Below, one piece after another: positions 1 to 8,775 of a DNA stretch of 15,763 bases. How positions within the stretch are numbered: the stretch's first letter is position 1; every line of letters starts with the position of its first letter. This DNA is from Bdellovibrionota bacterium. Lineage in GTDB: Bacteria > Bdellovibrionota_C > UBA2361 > JBGSMV01. The position numbers and the translations under genes are program-made. The notes beneath the pieces are model-generated. The model did not search any database and was not told the origin of the DNA. It was given only the letters and a program-made list of their open reading frames with translations. The stretch covers positions 1-15,763 of the forward strand of contig JBIKWF010000106.1 in NCBI GenBank assembly GCA_044356455.1, written 5' to 3'.

Positions 1-101
1 CGAGCAGGTGTGTCGCAATAACATTTATTGCAACTCCTCTGCTCGGTGCAGCAGTGCGTGGCTGTTGTCATCGAAAGAGACCTCAACGTAAGGAGAGCGC
101 C

Positions 102-971
102 ATGACGAATACCCCGTCGATGGCCACGGCTACTACCCAACCTGCGAGCAAGAGACGGCTCGCAGGAAGGTGGCAGCCTGCCGAAGTGCAGGAAGTGGAA
201 ACTTGGCTGTCGAAGTCCTCAGAGTCTCCGCCAGGAGGACTCACGAGCCCAGAGCTTGGTCTGAGGCCAAGCAGCTTTGACGAAGCTGCCTGGGAGCAGG
301 CCCTCAAGGCTTTCAAGTTCTCCGCGCAGCAGCGCGGCGTGAAGCTCGAAAACTTCCCGCCCTTCTACACGGAGGGACTTGGAGTTCTGCGAATCGTCCA
401 GACAGAACCGCGGTGGTGCGATCTCGCCCGGAGTTTTAAGGCGCAGGCCGGGTTTTCCTTGGTCCTGCTCCCTTCGACTCCCTCGTGGCACCTCACCATG
501 GCCTTCCTGGCACAGGGCGTGGTGCCCGTCGTCCCTTACCTTGGGGAACTCGATCCCCAAGGTCGCGTCGACCCGCTTGATCTGCGGCGGGTGGTGTGCG
601 GATTCCTCCCGCTTCTCGCGGGAAGCTCCGACCTTCGCGACTTTGCCCGAGTCTTTGCGAGGACGGCAAGTCGGACAAGTACGCCCAAGGGGACCGCCTT
701 CCTTCAGAAGCTGTGGCATGCCACGTTTCTGAGTGGCATCGTTCAGAACGGGAAAAGCTTCAAGCCCTTCGGCATGGAGCTCACTACCGATGGTCCGAAC
801 GCTCAGTGGGCATGTGTCAACACATCAACCCAGCGCAGGCTCTTGACCCTGGAAACCCTGCGGCGCGCAGAACTTTGCGATCTCGAAGCGCGAGGCGAAA
901 AGGCAGTCGTGTTCATCTCGAGCGGTACCGACAGACCGCATCAGGTCTTGGTGGACTTCCTCACTTCCTAA
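102..971 (+). CDS. Hypothetical protein (289 aa), no recognisable family
   Basis: Long ORF. AAGGAGAG at 90-97 precedes ATG 102, a better start than GTG 54. Stop TAA 969-971. No motif recognised. Confidence 0.7.
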   Translation: MTNTPSMATATTQPASKRRLAGRWQPAEVQEVETWLSKSSESPPGGLTSPELGLRPSSFDEAAWEQALKAFKFSAQQRGVKLENFPPFYTEGLGVLRIVQTEPRWCDLARSFKAQAGFSLVLLPSTPSWHLTMAFLAQGVVPVVPYLGELDPQGRVDPLDLRRVVCGFLPLLAGSSDLRDFARVFARTASRTSTPKGTAFLQKLWHATFLSGIVQNGKSFKPFGMELTTDGPNAQWACVNTSTQRRLLTLETLRRAELCDLEARGEKAVVFISSGTDRPHQVLVDFLTS

Positions 972-1124
972 GAGGAGAAAACGGCGAAATCCCTTGGTGG
1001 TAGCTGGGAAAGTCTGGGTTACAGCGAAACCAGGGACGAGAAACCGGCGGGCGCTCTTGAGGTTTGTCCTTCATGGATTTAATCGAAGGAGCTCTCGCCG
1101 GGAAATTTTTCCTCTGTGCCAATG

Positions 1125-1449
1125 CGAAAGATCTTGCGGCGCCCTGGGGACAGGGCGCCCTACCATGATGCCACACTACTCGGTAGCGCGCGGTGGACAA
1201 ATACATGCCACGTGCCAAGACGAGAGATCTTGCGGCACCGCGGGGACGCGGCGCCCTACCCTACGGCCACACCAGTAGGTAGGGCGCGCTGTCCTCAGCG
1301 TGCCGAAAGATTCTCGAGCTAAGTCCAATTGGTCCCAATTTGCCGCCACGGGGCAAGTCGAAAGATCATGCGGCGCCCTGGGGACAGGACGCCCCCAGGG
1401 TGCCTCGCGTATGGGTAGGGCGCGCTGTCCTCAGCGCGCCGCAAGATCT
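1125..1449. repeat. Cluster of GTAG-family REP palindromes (BIME/REPIN-like): 5 clear copies plus 1 decayed
   Basis: Unit of about 40 bp, GGTAG-GGCGCSSYG-TCCY-CRSSGYGCC-GCAAGATCT. Reverse-complement copies at 1125-1164, 1221-1260, 1359-1398; forward copies at 1278-1316, 1414-1449; decayed forward copy at 1182-1195. Lies between convergent genes. Confidence 0.9.
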
Positions 1450-4400
1450 AATGCCCCGTGCTCTCCTTCGGCTGCTTTGCCATCCACAACCCACCAACAC
1501 TTAGCGCTGCATATGCCCACTTGAGCCAGCGAATCAGCGAGAACACGAGCCACGTTGACCAACCAAGCATCACAATCCGCCACACCCAAAGCGGCAGGCT
1601 GTAGATAGAAGCTTCGGGGAATGTTCCTTCTGCGTAATCTAGATACCAGGAAAGCAGCCCCGAAGAACTTTGATAGCCTAAAATATTCATATCAGGAGAA
1701 ATGATTAGTCCATCCGAAATCGCGCGGAAGAACACCATCAGGACAAGGAGCGTCAAAACAGACAGCAGAATCTGGCCAACATTAAACCGAAATCGGCTGC
1801 TGGAAGGAGCTCGCTCACGCCACTGAATGAGAAAGGCCCAAAGCACGGGCACTAACATGAGTGGGATGGGAAGAGCCGCAAGCCCTAGGCCAAGCAGCAC
1901 CCACTCCTTTGTTCCTAGTGGACCAAGCGGAGTCCTCCCAAGAAAAAGCGCAAACAAGAACACCGCTACAAGCTTGCCCCAAAAAAGAACCACGGGACCT
2001 AGACCAGATCCACGTGTCGCCACAATCCAACGCTCCCCCGGCACATAGAAGCGAGTCGTAACATTCGCCATAACTCCATCGATCGCAACGGGAGGTGCCT
2101 TGAGAACGAGCCCCTCTTCCCTTGGTACGGTGAAGGTCACCTGAAGGGAAGTGGCTCCTGGTTTCACGGGAAGCGAGAGAACCGTGCCCTGGTACCTTGT
2201 GGTCTCATCATTCGAATTGATAAGGACGCGAGTAAGCACCGCGCCATCTGGTAAACTTATTTTCTTAAATCCTCCCTGACTCGCCCTCACGGAGAGTTCT
2301 ATTAGGCCCTCTAGGGAACGTACTCCAGGCGTGAGGGTATACACGGCCCTGTCTACGGTGAGACTTTGGCCTGAAGCGCCAAGCGGACGCGTGACTTCAA
2401 CAGCCACCGATTCTCCCGGAAACGGCTTCCAACTCCACGCGCTCTCCGCTTCAAGCACCGATCGTTCAGGGGCCAGCCCAGACACGGCACATTGCCAAAG
2501 CGCCGAGCAGCGCAGTTCCCATACTTCCGTCATGCGCGGCTCTGAGCTTGCAAGCAAAGTAAGTGGCCCCTGTTCAGGCAACGTACCTTCCCATACCGCT
2601 TCCGCAACACCGCGCTGAAAGAGAACCTGGGCAGTTTGGCCCTCTACTTTGATTCCAGGTGTCACCACCGATTCAGTAGGCAAAAGTTTAACCTTCACAA
2701 GTTCTGGGCGCTCAAGGCTACCACTCCTGGTAAGCGTTGTGGTGACGGACCAAGGAAGCCCGAGTCCAAGCTCTCGCTTTACGGTTATCCATGATGAGAC
2801 TTCAACTCCTGCATCTACCGCCTGAGCCCCATTTTGGGCTACGCCGCCACGTCTCGTGAGCTGCACGGATTCCTGCACTGCGCCTGAGCTGCTCACGCCA
2901 TCAACCTCCCAATCCGCCGCCGTCACCGAAACGTGCTGCGGATTGACGGGGAATTGAAGCGTAACGACTTCGCTACTTCTCAAGCGGCCTAAGAAGGTAA
3001 TGGTGTGCACTCCTGACGGAATTCTTGCCCATAAGATGCCACTAGAGTCCCGGCGGAGAGGAGCTGGCGCAGCACCGTCAATCACCACGGAGGAGATACC
3101 AAGCTGAGTGAGGGGGCCTGGCAATGAGACGGCCCCAGGTCCTCTGCTGCTGACTCGCCCCACTCCTTTAAGAGTAGTTCCTGTTACCTCGAGAGTAAGT
3201 TCATTTAGCGTGAGGCACTCGTTCTCGCAGATCTCTGCCTGCAGGCGCTCTTCAAGTGCTTGCAAGTGCCAGTTATCCGGGAACGACTGAGCCTCACTGC
3301 GGGTGGCCATAAGACTGCAGGAGCTCGCCAAGAGTAGTGTCGCAAAGGTACGGCCAAACCTAAGCCTTGACCACCAAGGAGGATTCGAGCGCTGGAAGAA
3401 AAGAGCAACGATGGCAAGAAGCAGGAGCACCCGAATAAACGAAAGCACACCATGCCCAAAAGGGCCTACAAGATAGAGCGAAGCTCGGTAGTCCGGCTCT
3501 ACACGTCCTGCCCAAGAAAGTCGTGCGGATCTCCAGCTCCATTCAGGTAAGCCAAGGCCGGTTTGGACCACCGCATTCGCATCAATTTCTTGCAGGACTT
3601 TTCGCTTCATGTTTCTGGCGCCAGAGCCTCCAAGAAATGACTCCATGCTATCAGAATCACCGTAGGGAGCGGATTGTGGAAGCATCTTAGCAGCGCTGGC
3701 GCCTCTTCTCTCATTAAATCCCTGGTCGTTAAAGTAGGTAGTTCCCGTGAAGGAAGAGAACATGCCTACGAGCACGGCAAGCGTAGCGGCACTTACTCCG
3801 TACAAAAATCCACTGAAAAAGTTTCCATGCACAAAGATCCACACGCCCCACACAAAGAGCGTGAACATAATCCAGCCTCCGAGCGTTGACTCAATCATAA
3901 AAAAGAAAGGCTCGAGGAATCCGTACAAGTTTCCGCCCGGGGCCAGCACCGAAGGAAAAATCGCCTGAACGAGGTGATGGAAGGAAAAAGTCGCGACAAG
4001 CACCCCAAACAACACGAGCGTGGCATGATAATGGAACGTCACAAAACGCCGGAACGCAGAGTCTGGCAAAAACTGCAGCAGGGCGTAGCCCCCAAGCAAA
4101 TGAAAATAAATAAGCTGGGGAGAACCTGGCTGCTGGTGCAGAAGCACAAGCGCAAAGAGCACCATGACCCCTGCCGCTGTTCCGATGAGCTTATACGTGG
4201 CAACTGCCGCGAGGAGCACCAAGAATACATCGAGCAGGCTCCATGAGGAGAGCCAGGTAGAGCTCACACTATCGGCGCCGCTCGCATGCAGCAGGTCCCA
4301 ACCTGGAGGAAGATTAAGGGTCAATTCTGCACTTGCGACAGGATGATCCCAGCCCACCACGGGCAAATCAGAAAGCTTCGCTTCTAACTTTGATTCAGCC

Positions 4401-5683
4401 ACAAGAGAAAGCGCCTGTGCTCTGAGCTCTACTCCGCGCTGCTTGCTCTTAGGATCTTCTGTGATGAGTTGGTCTGTCCCATTGATAGACACACGGCTCA
4501 GTTCAAGTTCCGGGGAAGCATTAAGGCGCCATTCCCTATTCATCTGCCCAGAGAGCGAATCTCGAACGAGAAGGGAATCACCTCCGAGCGACAGCCACGC
4601 GGTTCGCTCAAGATGAAGGGCGTTAGCGCCCTGTTCTTGCTCTCCTCGGCGTACGGCTTCAAATTGAAGAGTCTCGTTCGCTTGCACTACATACGTCGTC
4701 AAGCCCGCCCACTCCTCCGGCAACTCTGTGCGAGAGGAATCAATCAGAGTCGGCCCAGAAAGGCGTACCGTGCGGAAGTCCTCATTCGGCACCCAAACCC
4801 AAATTTCCTCCTCAGGCCAGCCAGGAAGGCTGCCGGCGGCAGGCAGCGCTGAAGATGGGGGAACTGCAAGTAGGCTCTCAAAGGTTATTCGATGCTCCCC
4901 TGGCCGGACCTGCACTCGCACGACCCCATCGGCACCTACTCGCGTATCAAGCGGCGAGGAGACGGAAACAAGAACACTCCCTGAAGGAAGTATAGATCCC
5001 AAGGTCAATTCTCGCGCCTTGCCAGATATTCGTAAAACTAACTGACTTACAATCTTAAAAGGGACTCCATCCTCAAGCCGCCGAAACACCATCACCGCGG
5101 CGCTATCCTCTGCTGCGCGCTCTGCGACATCGACCTCTTTAAGCCACAACTCTCCGCGGTCACTTACTAAAGGCTGCTCAATATTCTCCCCGCGAAGATT
5201 CAGGGAAACCAAAGCCACCTCGGGAGGAACTTGTAAGCTCTTAGGCAGCGTAGACCAAAGAAATTTTCCCGTTAAAGCAAATTTTCCTTGAGACAATTTC
5301 ACCCGGGGAACCCCCTGGCGCAGCACCACGGCTACGGCAGTATTGTCTGAAGACTTTACCTCAAGAGGAAAAATTCCAGGCCCCCCAGGGAGCGCAACCT
5401 CCCCCTCACGATCAAGGCTCCCCTGCAGCAGGAAAACTGCTCCCTCTGAAGTAACTTTTAGCTCTAACGTACTCGGCCAAACACACTCAGCTTCACTACC
5501 TTTGCGCGCACATTGCCATTCGGGATGCTTTGCCATGACCCAAGGGACCCAAGGCTTGAGCACTTCTGGAATCGCCACACTCCCGAGGGGCGGCGTAGAT
5601 TCAGAACTGCTTTCTGCGGCTAAGGTGCCTGCGCCAAGGAGTAGCAAAAATAAGGCTTGGGCAGCGAGGGCTATACATTTCAT
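1448..5683 (-). CDS. Large multi-pass membrane protein of unknown function (1411 aa), two extracytoplasmic beta-rich regions each followed by a TM bundle
   Basis: Uninterrupted 4.2-kb ORF. N-terminal signal peptide (LFLLLLGAGTLAA). Hydrophobic helix clusters in the middle and at the C-terminus. Internal two-fold similarity. Confidence 0.9.
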   Translation of the reverse strand: MKCIALAAQALFLLLLGAGTLAAESSSESTPPLGSVAIPEVLKPWVPWVMAKHPEWQCARKGSEAECVWPSTLELKVTSEGAVFLLQGSLDREGEVALPGGPGIFPLEVKSSDNTAVAVVLRQGVPRVKLSQGKFALTGKFLWSTLPKSLQVPPEVALVSLNLRGENIEQPLVSDRGELWLKEVDVAERAAEDSAAVMVFRRLEDGVPFKIVSQLVLRISGKARELTLGSILPSGSVLVSVSSPLDTRVGADGVVRVQVRPGEHRITFESLLAVPPSSALPAAGSLPGWPEEEIWVWVPNEDFRTVRLSGPTLIDSSRTELPEEWAGLTTYVVQANETLQFEAVRRGEQEQGANALHLERTAWLSLGGDSLLVRDSLSGQMNREWRLNASPELELSRVSINGTDQLITEDPKSKQRGVELRAQALSLVAESKLEAKLSDLPVVGWDHPVASAELTLNLPPGWDLLHASGADSVSSTWLSSWSLLDVFLVLLAAVATYKLIGTAAGVMVLFALVLLHQQPGSPQLIYFHLLGGYALLQFLPDSAFRRFVTFHYHATLVLFGVLVATFSFHHLVQAIFPSVLAPGGNLYGFLEPFFFMIESTLGGWIMFTLFVWGVWIFVHGNFFSGFLYGVSAATLAVLVGMFSSFTGTTYFNDQGFNERRGASAAKMLPQSAPYGDSDSMESFLGGSGARNMKRKVLQEIDANAVVQTGLGLPEWSWRSARLSWAGRVEPDYRASLYLVGPFGHGVLSFIRVLLLLAIVALFFQRSNPPWWSRLRFGRTFATLLLASSCSLMATRSEAQSFPDNWHLQALEERLQAEICENECLTLNELTLEVTGTTLKGVGRVSSRGPGAVSLPGPLTQLGISSVVIDGAAPAPLRRDSSGILWARIPSGVHTITFLGRLRSSEVVTLQFPVNPQHVSVTAADWEVDGVSSSGAVQESVQLTRRGGVAQNGAQAVDAGVEVSSWITVKRELGLGLPWSVTTTLTRSGSLERPELVKVKLLPTESVVTPGIKVEGQTAQVLFQRGVAEAVWEGTLPEQGPLTLLASSEPRMTEVWELRCSALWQCAVSGLAPERSVLEAESAWSWKPFPGESVAVEVTRPLGASGQSLTVDRAVYTLTPGVRSLEGLIELSVRASQGGFKKISLPDGAVLTRVLINSNDETTRYQGTVLSLPVKPGATSLQVTFTVPREEGLVLKAPPVAIDGVMANVTTRFYVPGERWIVATRGSGLGPVVLFWGKLVAVFLFALFLGRTPLGPLGTKEWVLLGLGLAALPIPLMLVPVLWAFLIQWRERAPSSSRFRFNVGQILLSVLTLLVLMVFFRAISDGLIISPDMNILGYQSSSGLLSWYLDYAEGTFPEASIYSLPLWVWRIVMLGWSTWLVFSLIRWLKWAYAALSVGGLWMAKQPKESTGH

Positions 5684-5755
5684 AAAGGGGTCTCCGTTGC
5701 GAGAGAGGCGCCTAAAAGAGTAGAACTAGCTGAACTAATATTGAAGAGGCTTTTT

Positions 5756-7093
5756 GTGGCTCACACTGCTCAAACAAAGGGTTTGATTTCTTCCTCCCCG
5801 GGTCCCCTCTCCTGCCTCGCGCTGCTGCGCGGCCTTGTGGCTATTCCCTCGGTAAATCCCTTCCGCGTCGTGCGGGATGGGCAAACGATGCGCGGCATAG
5901 GCTGCGAAACCGACATGAATCTTGCCCTAGAACCAATACTCGAAGGCCTGGGCTTTTTAGTAACTCGCCAAGTTGTTTGCCCAGAGCGAAAGCTTACCTT
6001 GGAGGGGGAAGTAATTACGCTGCCGGAACGCTGGAATATCCTCGCCACAAAGCTGCCGCCTCAAGGAGTCTCCTCAAAGGGCAGCCTCTTGTTCCTCGCC
6101 CACACAGATACCGTTGATGTGAAGCAGGGTTGGAAGAGCGATCCCTTTACGGTGACCGAGCGCACGGTGGATGGCCACCTGCGGTGGTACGGACTTGGCG
6201 CCAATGACATGAAAGGCGGAATTGCGGCCATACTAGACGCCGCTTCCCGCGCGACTCCTCAGGACTACACGCTCAAGATTGCCTTCGTTGTCGATGAGGA
6301 GTTTTATTCGTTTGGAGCAGAGGCGCTCTGCGCCTCAGAGTTTCTTGCAGATGTAAAACTCGCCCTCGTCCCGGAGATTGGAGACAACACAAAGGACTGG
6401 GATACGCAGTGGATTGGCTTGGGGCGGCTAGGGAGGTCGGAATTTGAGGTGGAGCTCACCGGCAAAGCCTGCCATGGAGCAGACGCTTTCATGCGGGAGG
6501 ATTCTGTGAATGCCGTTCACGCCGCCCTCATTCTAGGCGCAAAACTCTCCGAGTACTGTCTTAGTAAAAAGAAGGTCTTCACCTCACATGGAATCGAGTC
6601 CATGAATGCGGCCTATGTGAGCTACCTGAGTGGCGGGGCGCCGATTCTAAGCGTGCCCGATAAGGCAAAACTCGTGGTGGATAGAACCTTAGTCCCTGAG
6701 GAAAGCCCCGAGCAGGAACTCACTCAGATTCAAAACATCATTCAGGAACTAAAGAATTCAGGAACACTCGATAGGCGCTGCGAAGTGGTGGCGAGGGAAC
6801 GTCCACGGCCAACCCCTCCTTGCAAGCCTTATTTCTTTAGTCCCGAGCTTCCTCAAATTCAATTCGTCACGCGCATGGTCCAAGAACATCACCCCAAAAC
6901 CTCCTACGGCATTGGGCGTTCGGTGGCCGATGAAAATCGCCTCGCACTTCTTGGAATCCCGACCGTGATATTGGGACCCTTTGGTGCAGGGAGCCACACG
7001 CCAGAGGAGTGGGTGGATCCCAAGAGCGTGGAGCGAGTTGCTGCAATTTTTGCGAGCGTAATTCGGCAATTTGGAAAGCAAGCATTTTTGTAA
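5756..7093 (+). CDS. M20-family metallopeptidase/deacylase (ArgE/DapE-like)
   Basis: Metal-binding motifs AHTDTVD, GLGANDMKGG, VDEE, PE, GKACHG and SHTPEEWV. Start set at GTG 5756 (GAAGAGG upstream) because TTG 5657 overlaps the divergent gene; start and substrate uncertain. Confidence 0.88.
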   Translation: MAHTAQTKGLISSSPGPLSCLALLRGLVAIPSVNPFRVVRDGQTMRGIGCETDMNLALEPILEGLGFLVTRQVVCPERKLTLEGEVITLPERWNILATKLPPQGVSSKGSLLFLAHTDTVDVKQGWKSDPFTVTERTVDGHLRWYGLGANDMKGGIAAILDAASRATPQDYTLKIAFVVDEEFYSFGAEALCASEFLADVKLALVPEIGDNTKDWDTQWIGLGRLGRSEFEVELTGKACHGADAFMREDSVNAVHAALILGAKLSEYCLSKKKVFTSHGIESMNAAYVSYLSGGAPILSVPDKAKLVVDRTLVPEESPEQELTQIQNIIQELKNSGTLDRRCEVVARERPRPTPPCKPYFFSPELPQIQFVTRMVQEHHPKTSYGIGRSVADENRLALLGIPTVILGPFGAGSHTPEEWVDPKSVERVAAIFASVIRQFGKQAFL

Positions 7094-7113
7094 TGGCGAG
7101 ATGAGATAGGGAG

Positions 7114-7162
7114 CTTTTGGGGTTTTAGGGGATAAGGGGGAACAACCACTAAGAACACTAAG
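7114..7162. repeat. Decayed copy of the 9-bp-period hairpin family
   Basis: AACAACCACTAAGAACACTAAG (7141-7162) matches 10839-10860 at 20/22 positions. The left arm is only weakly complementary, so the left boundary is approximate. Confidence 0.55.
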
Positions 7163-7252
7163 AAAGAATGGGAATCTATTTGGGGATCCTCCCCTATTCG
7201 TTAGCAAACTGACTCTTTGACCTGCCCCCTTTACTAAGGTAACGATCGGGGG

Positions 7253-8590
7253 ATGAACTCCATCGTGCTCGAACTTTTTGTTATAGGTGGCCTGTGTCTT
7301 TTGAACGGCTTTCTCTCGATGTCCGAGCTCGCGCTTGTTTCCTCGAATCGCGGGCGACTGCAGTCACGTGCTTCTCACGGAAGCAGAGGAGCGGCCAGAG
7401 CTCTTAGACTGTCGGAAAACCCTTCCCGAGTCCTTGCCACCGTCCAACTTGGAATTACGCTCGTGGGCATCATCGCTGGAGTGTTCGGCGGCGCCACGAT
7501 TGCCGAAGACTTCTCACTGACCCTTGCGGAGTGGGGCCTTGAAGACCATCTCGCCTCGCCGCTAGCATTTCTGGTGGTAGTAGGCGCAATTACCTATGTG
7601 TCCTTGGTCTTTGGCGAGCTGGTCCCCAAACAGATCTCGCTCGCACACCCCGAGCGAATTGCGATTCTTGTCTCGGGCCCCATTTCTCTTCTTGCCACCC
7701 TAAGCCAGCCCGTGGTTTGGCTTCTTGATCTTTCAAGTCGTGGAGTCCTTGCGATTCTCCCTTCCTCAGGCCCAGCCCGCAGTGATGTCACGGAAGAGGA
7801 CATTCATCATGCACTAAATGAAGGCGCAAAGGTGGGAGAGATACGGTCTCTTGAAAAAGAAATGGCCATGCGCATTTTCCGCCTTGATGACCGCCCCATA
7901 ACTGCCTTCATGACGCCGCGCAGAGATGTGGTGTGGCTTGATAGCACAGGTCCTCTTGAAGATGCGCTACAAGTTGCTCTTGATTCTCCGCATTCATTCT
8001 TTCCGGTATCAGAGGGTACGCTCGATAATCTTCTTGGAGTGATATCGGTCAAAGAGCTGCTGCACCTTGAGCGCTCAGGCCGCACCCTGTCCATTCGCTC
8101 CCTTATCAAACCAATTTTCAAAGTTCCTGCGGGCAAGGATGCACTTGGAGTTCTCGAAGATTTTAAAAGGGAACGCAGTCAAGTTGCGGTAGTCGTTGAT
8201 GAGCATGGGGGAGTAAGCGGCGTAGTCACCACTCATGACCTTCTTGAGGCGATTGTGGGAGACCTGGCGGATTTTGATGGGGAAGCTCAGTCCATCGTCA
8301 TCCGGCAAGACGGTTCTATGCTCGTAGATGCCGGAGTCGACATTCACGAGCTTCTACTCAAAGCGGGCAAAGATCCAAGTAGCGCCGGCCCCGATGAGGA
8401 ATATCATTCGGTAGGCGGGTTAGTTTTTGGAGAACTGGGAAAACTGCCGTATGTCGGCGCCTCCATCGAGTGGAATGGGCTTCGCTTTGAGATTGTCGAT
8501 ATGGATCGAAATCGCATAGACAAGCTCTTAGTATCTGCGCCTAAGGCGCTCGAGGCTCAGAACGCAGCGCCTCCTTCGAACGACCGATAG
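7253..8590 (+). CDS. HlyC/CorC (CNNM/DUF21 + CBS pair + CorC_HlyC) transporter, putative Mg2+/Co2+ efflux
   Basis: NGFLSMSELALVS, VQLGITLVGI and FGELVPKQ (CNNM); MTPRRDV and VVDEHGGVSGVVTTHDLLEAIVGD (CBS); FEIVDMDRNRIDKLLV (C-terminal domain). Confidence 0.93.
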   Translation: MNSIVLELFVIGGLCLLNGFLSMSELALVSSNRGRLQSRASHGSRGAARALRLSENPSRVLATVQLGITLVGIIAGVFGGATIAEDFSLTLAEWGLEDHLASPLAFLVVVGAITYVSLVFGELVPKQISLAHPERIAILVSGPISLLATLSQPVVWLLDLSSRGVLAILPSSGPARSDVTEEDIHHALNEGAKVGEIRSLEKEMAMRIFRLDDRPITAFMTPRRDVVWLDSTGPLEDALQVALDSPHSFFPVSEGTLDNLLGVISVKELLHLERSGRTLSIRSLIKPIFKVPAGKDALGVLEDFKRERSQVAVVVDEHGGVSGVVTTHDLLEAIVGDLADFDGEAQSIVIRQDGSMLVDAGVDIHELLLKAGKDPSSAGPDEEYHSVGGLVFGELGKLPYVGASIEWNGLRFEIVDMDRNRIDKLLVSAPKALEAQNAAPPSNDR

Positions 8591-8775
8591 CAATTCCTGG
8601 TCCCATAAATTCCCCGCTTGGTACAGGCAGTAACAGACTTCATGCAGCTGTTCATGCGGAGGGGCAGCGCAGTGAAAGACGAATTGAATTTATATTCTGC
8701 ACTCGAAGAAAGTCCTTGGTTCCCGAGAAGGACCTATGCTCTCCATTCAAAGGGCGAAAGCATCGAGCGACTATC

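Noticed and set aside
1125..1449. CRISPR array
   Set aside because: Repeats alternate in orientation, spacing is irregular, spacers resemble each other and no cas genes are present. The GTAG foot plus stem fits REP.
961..1524. Short ORFs 961-1218, 994-1278, 1116-1322 and 1300-1524
   Set aside because: They are translations of GC-rich palindromic repeats (recurring ERSCGALG and GRARCPQR) with no convincing RBS.
5657..5755. N-terminal extension of the M20 hydrolase
   Set aside because: It overlaps the start of the divergent gene, and GTG 5756 has a better RBS.
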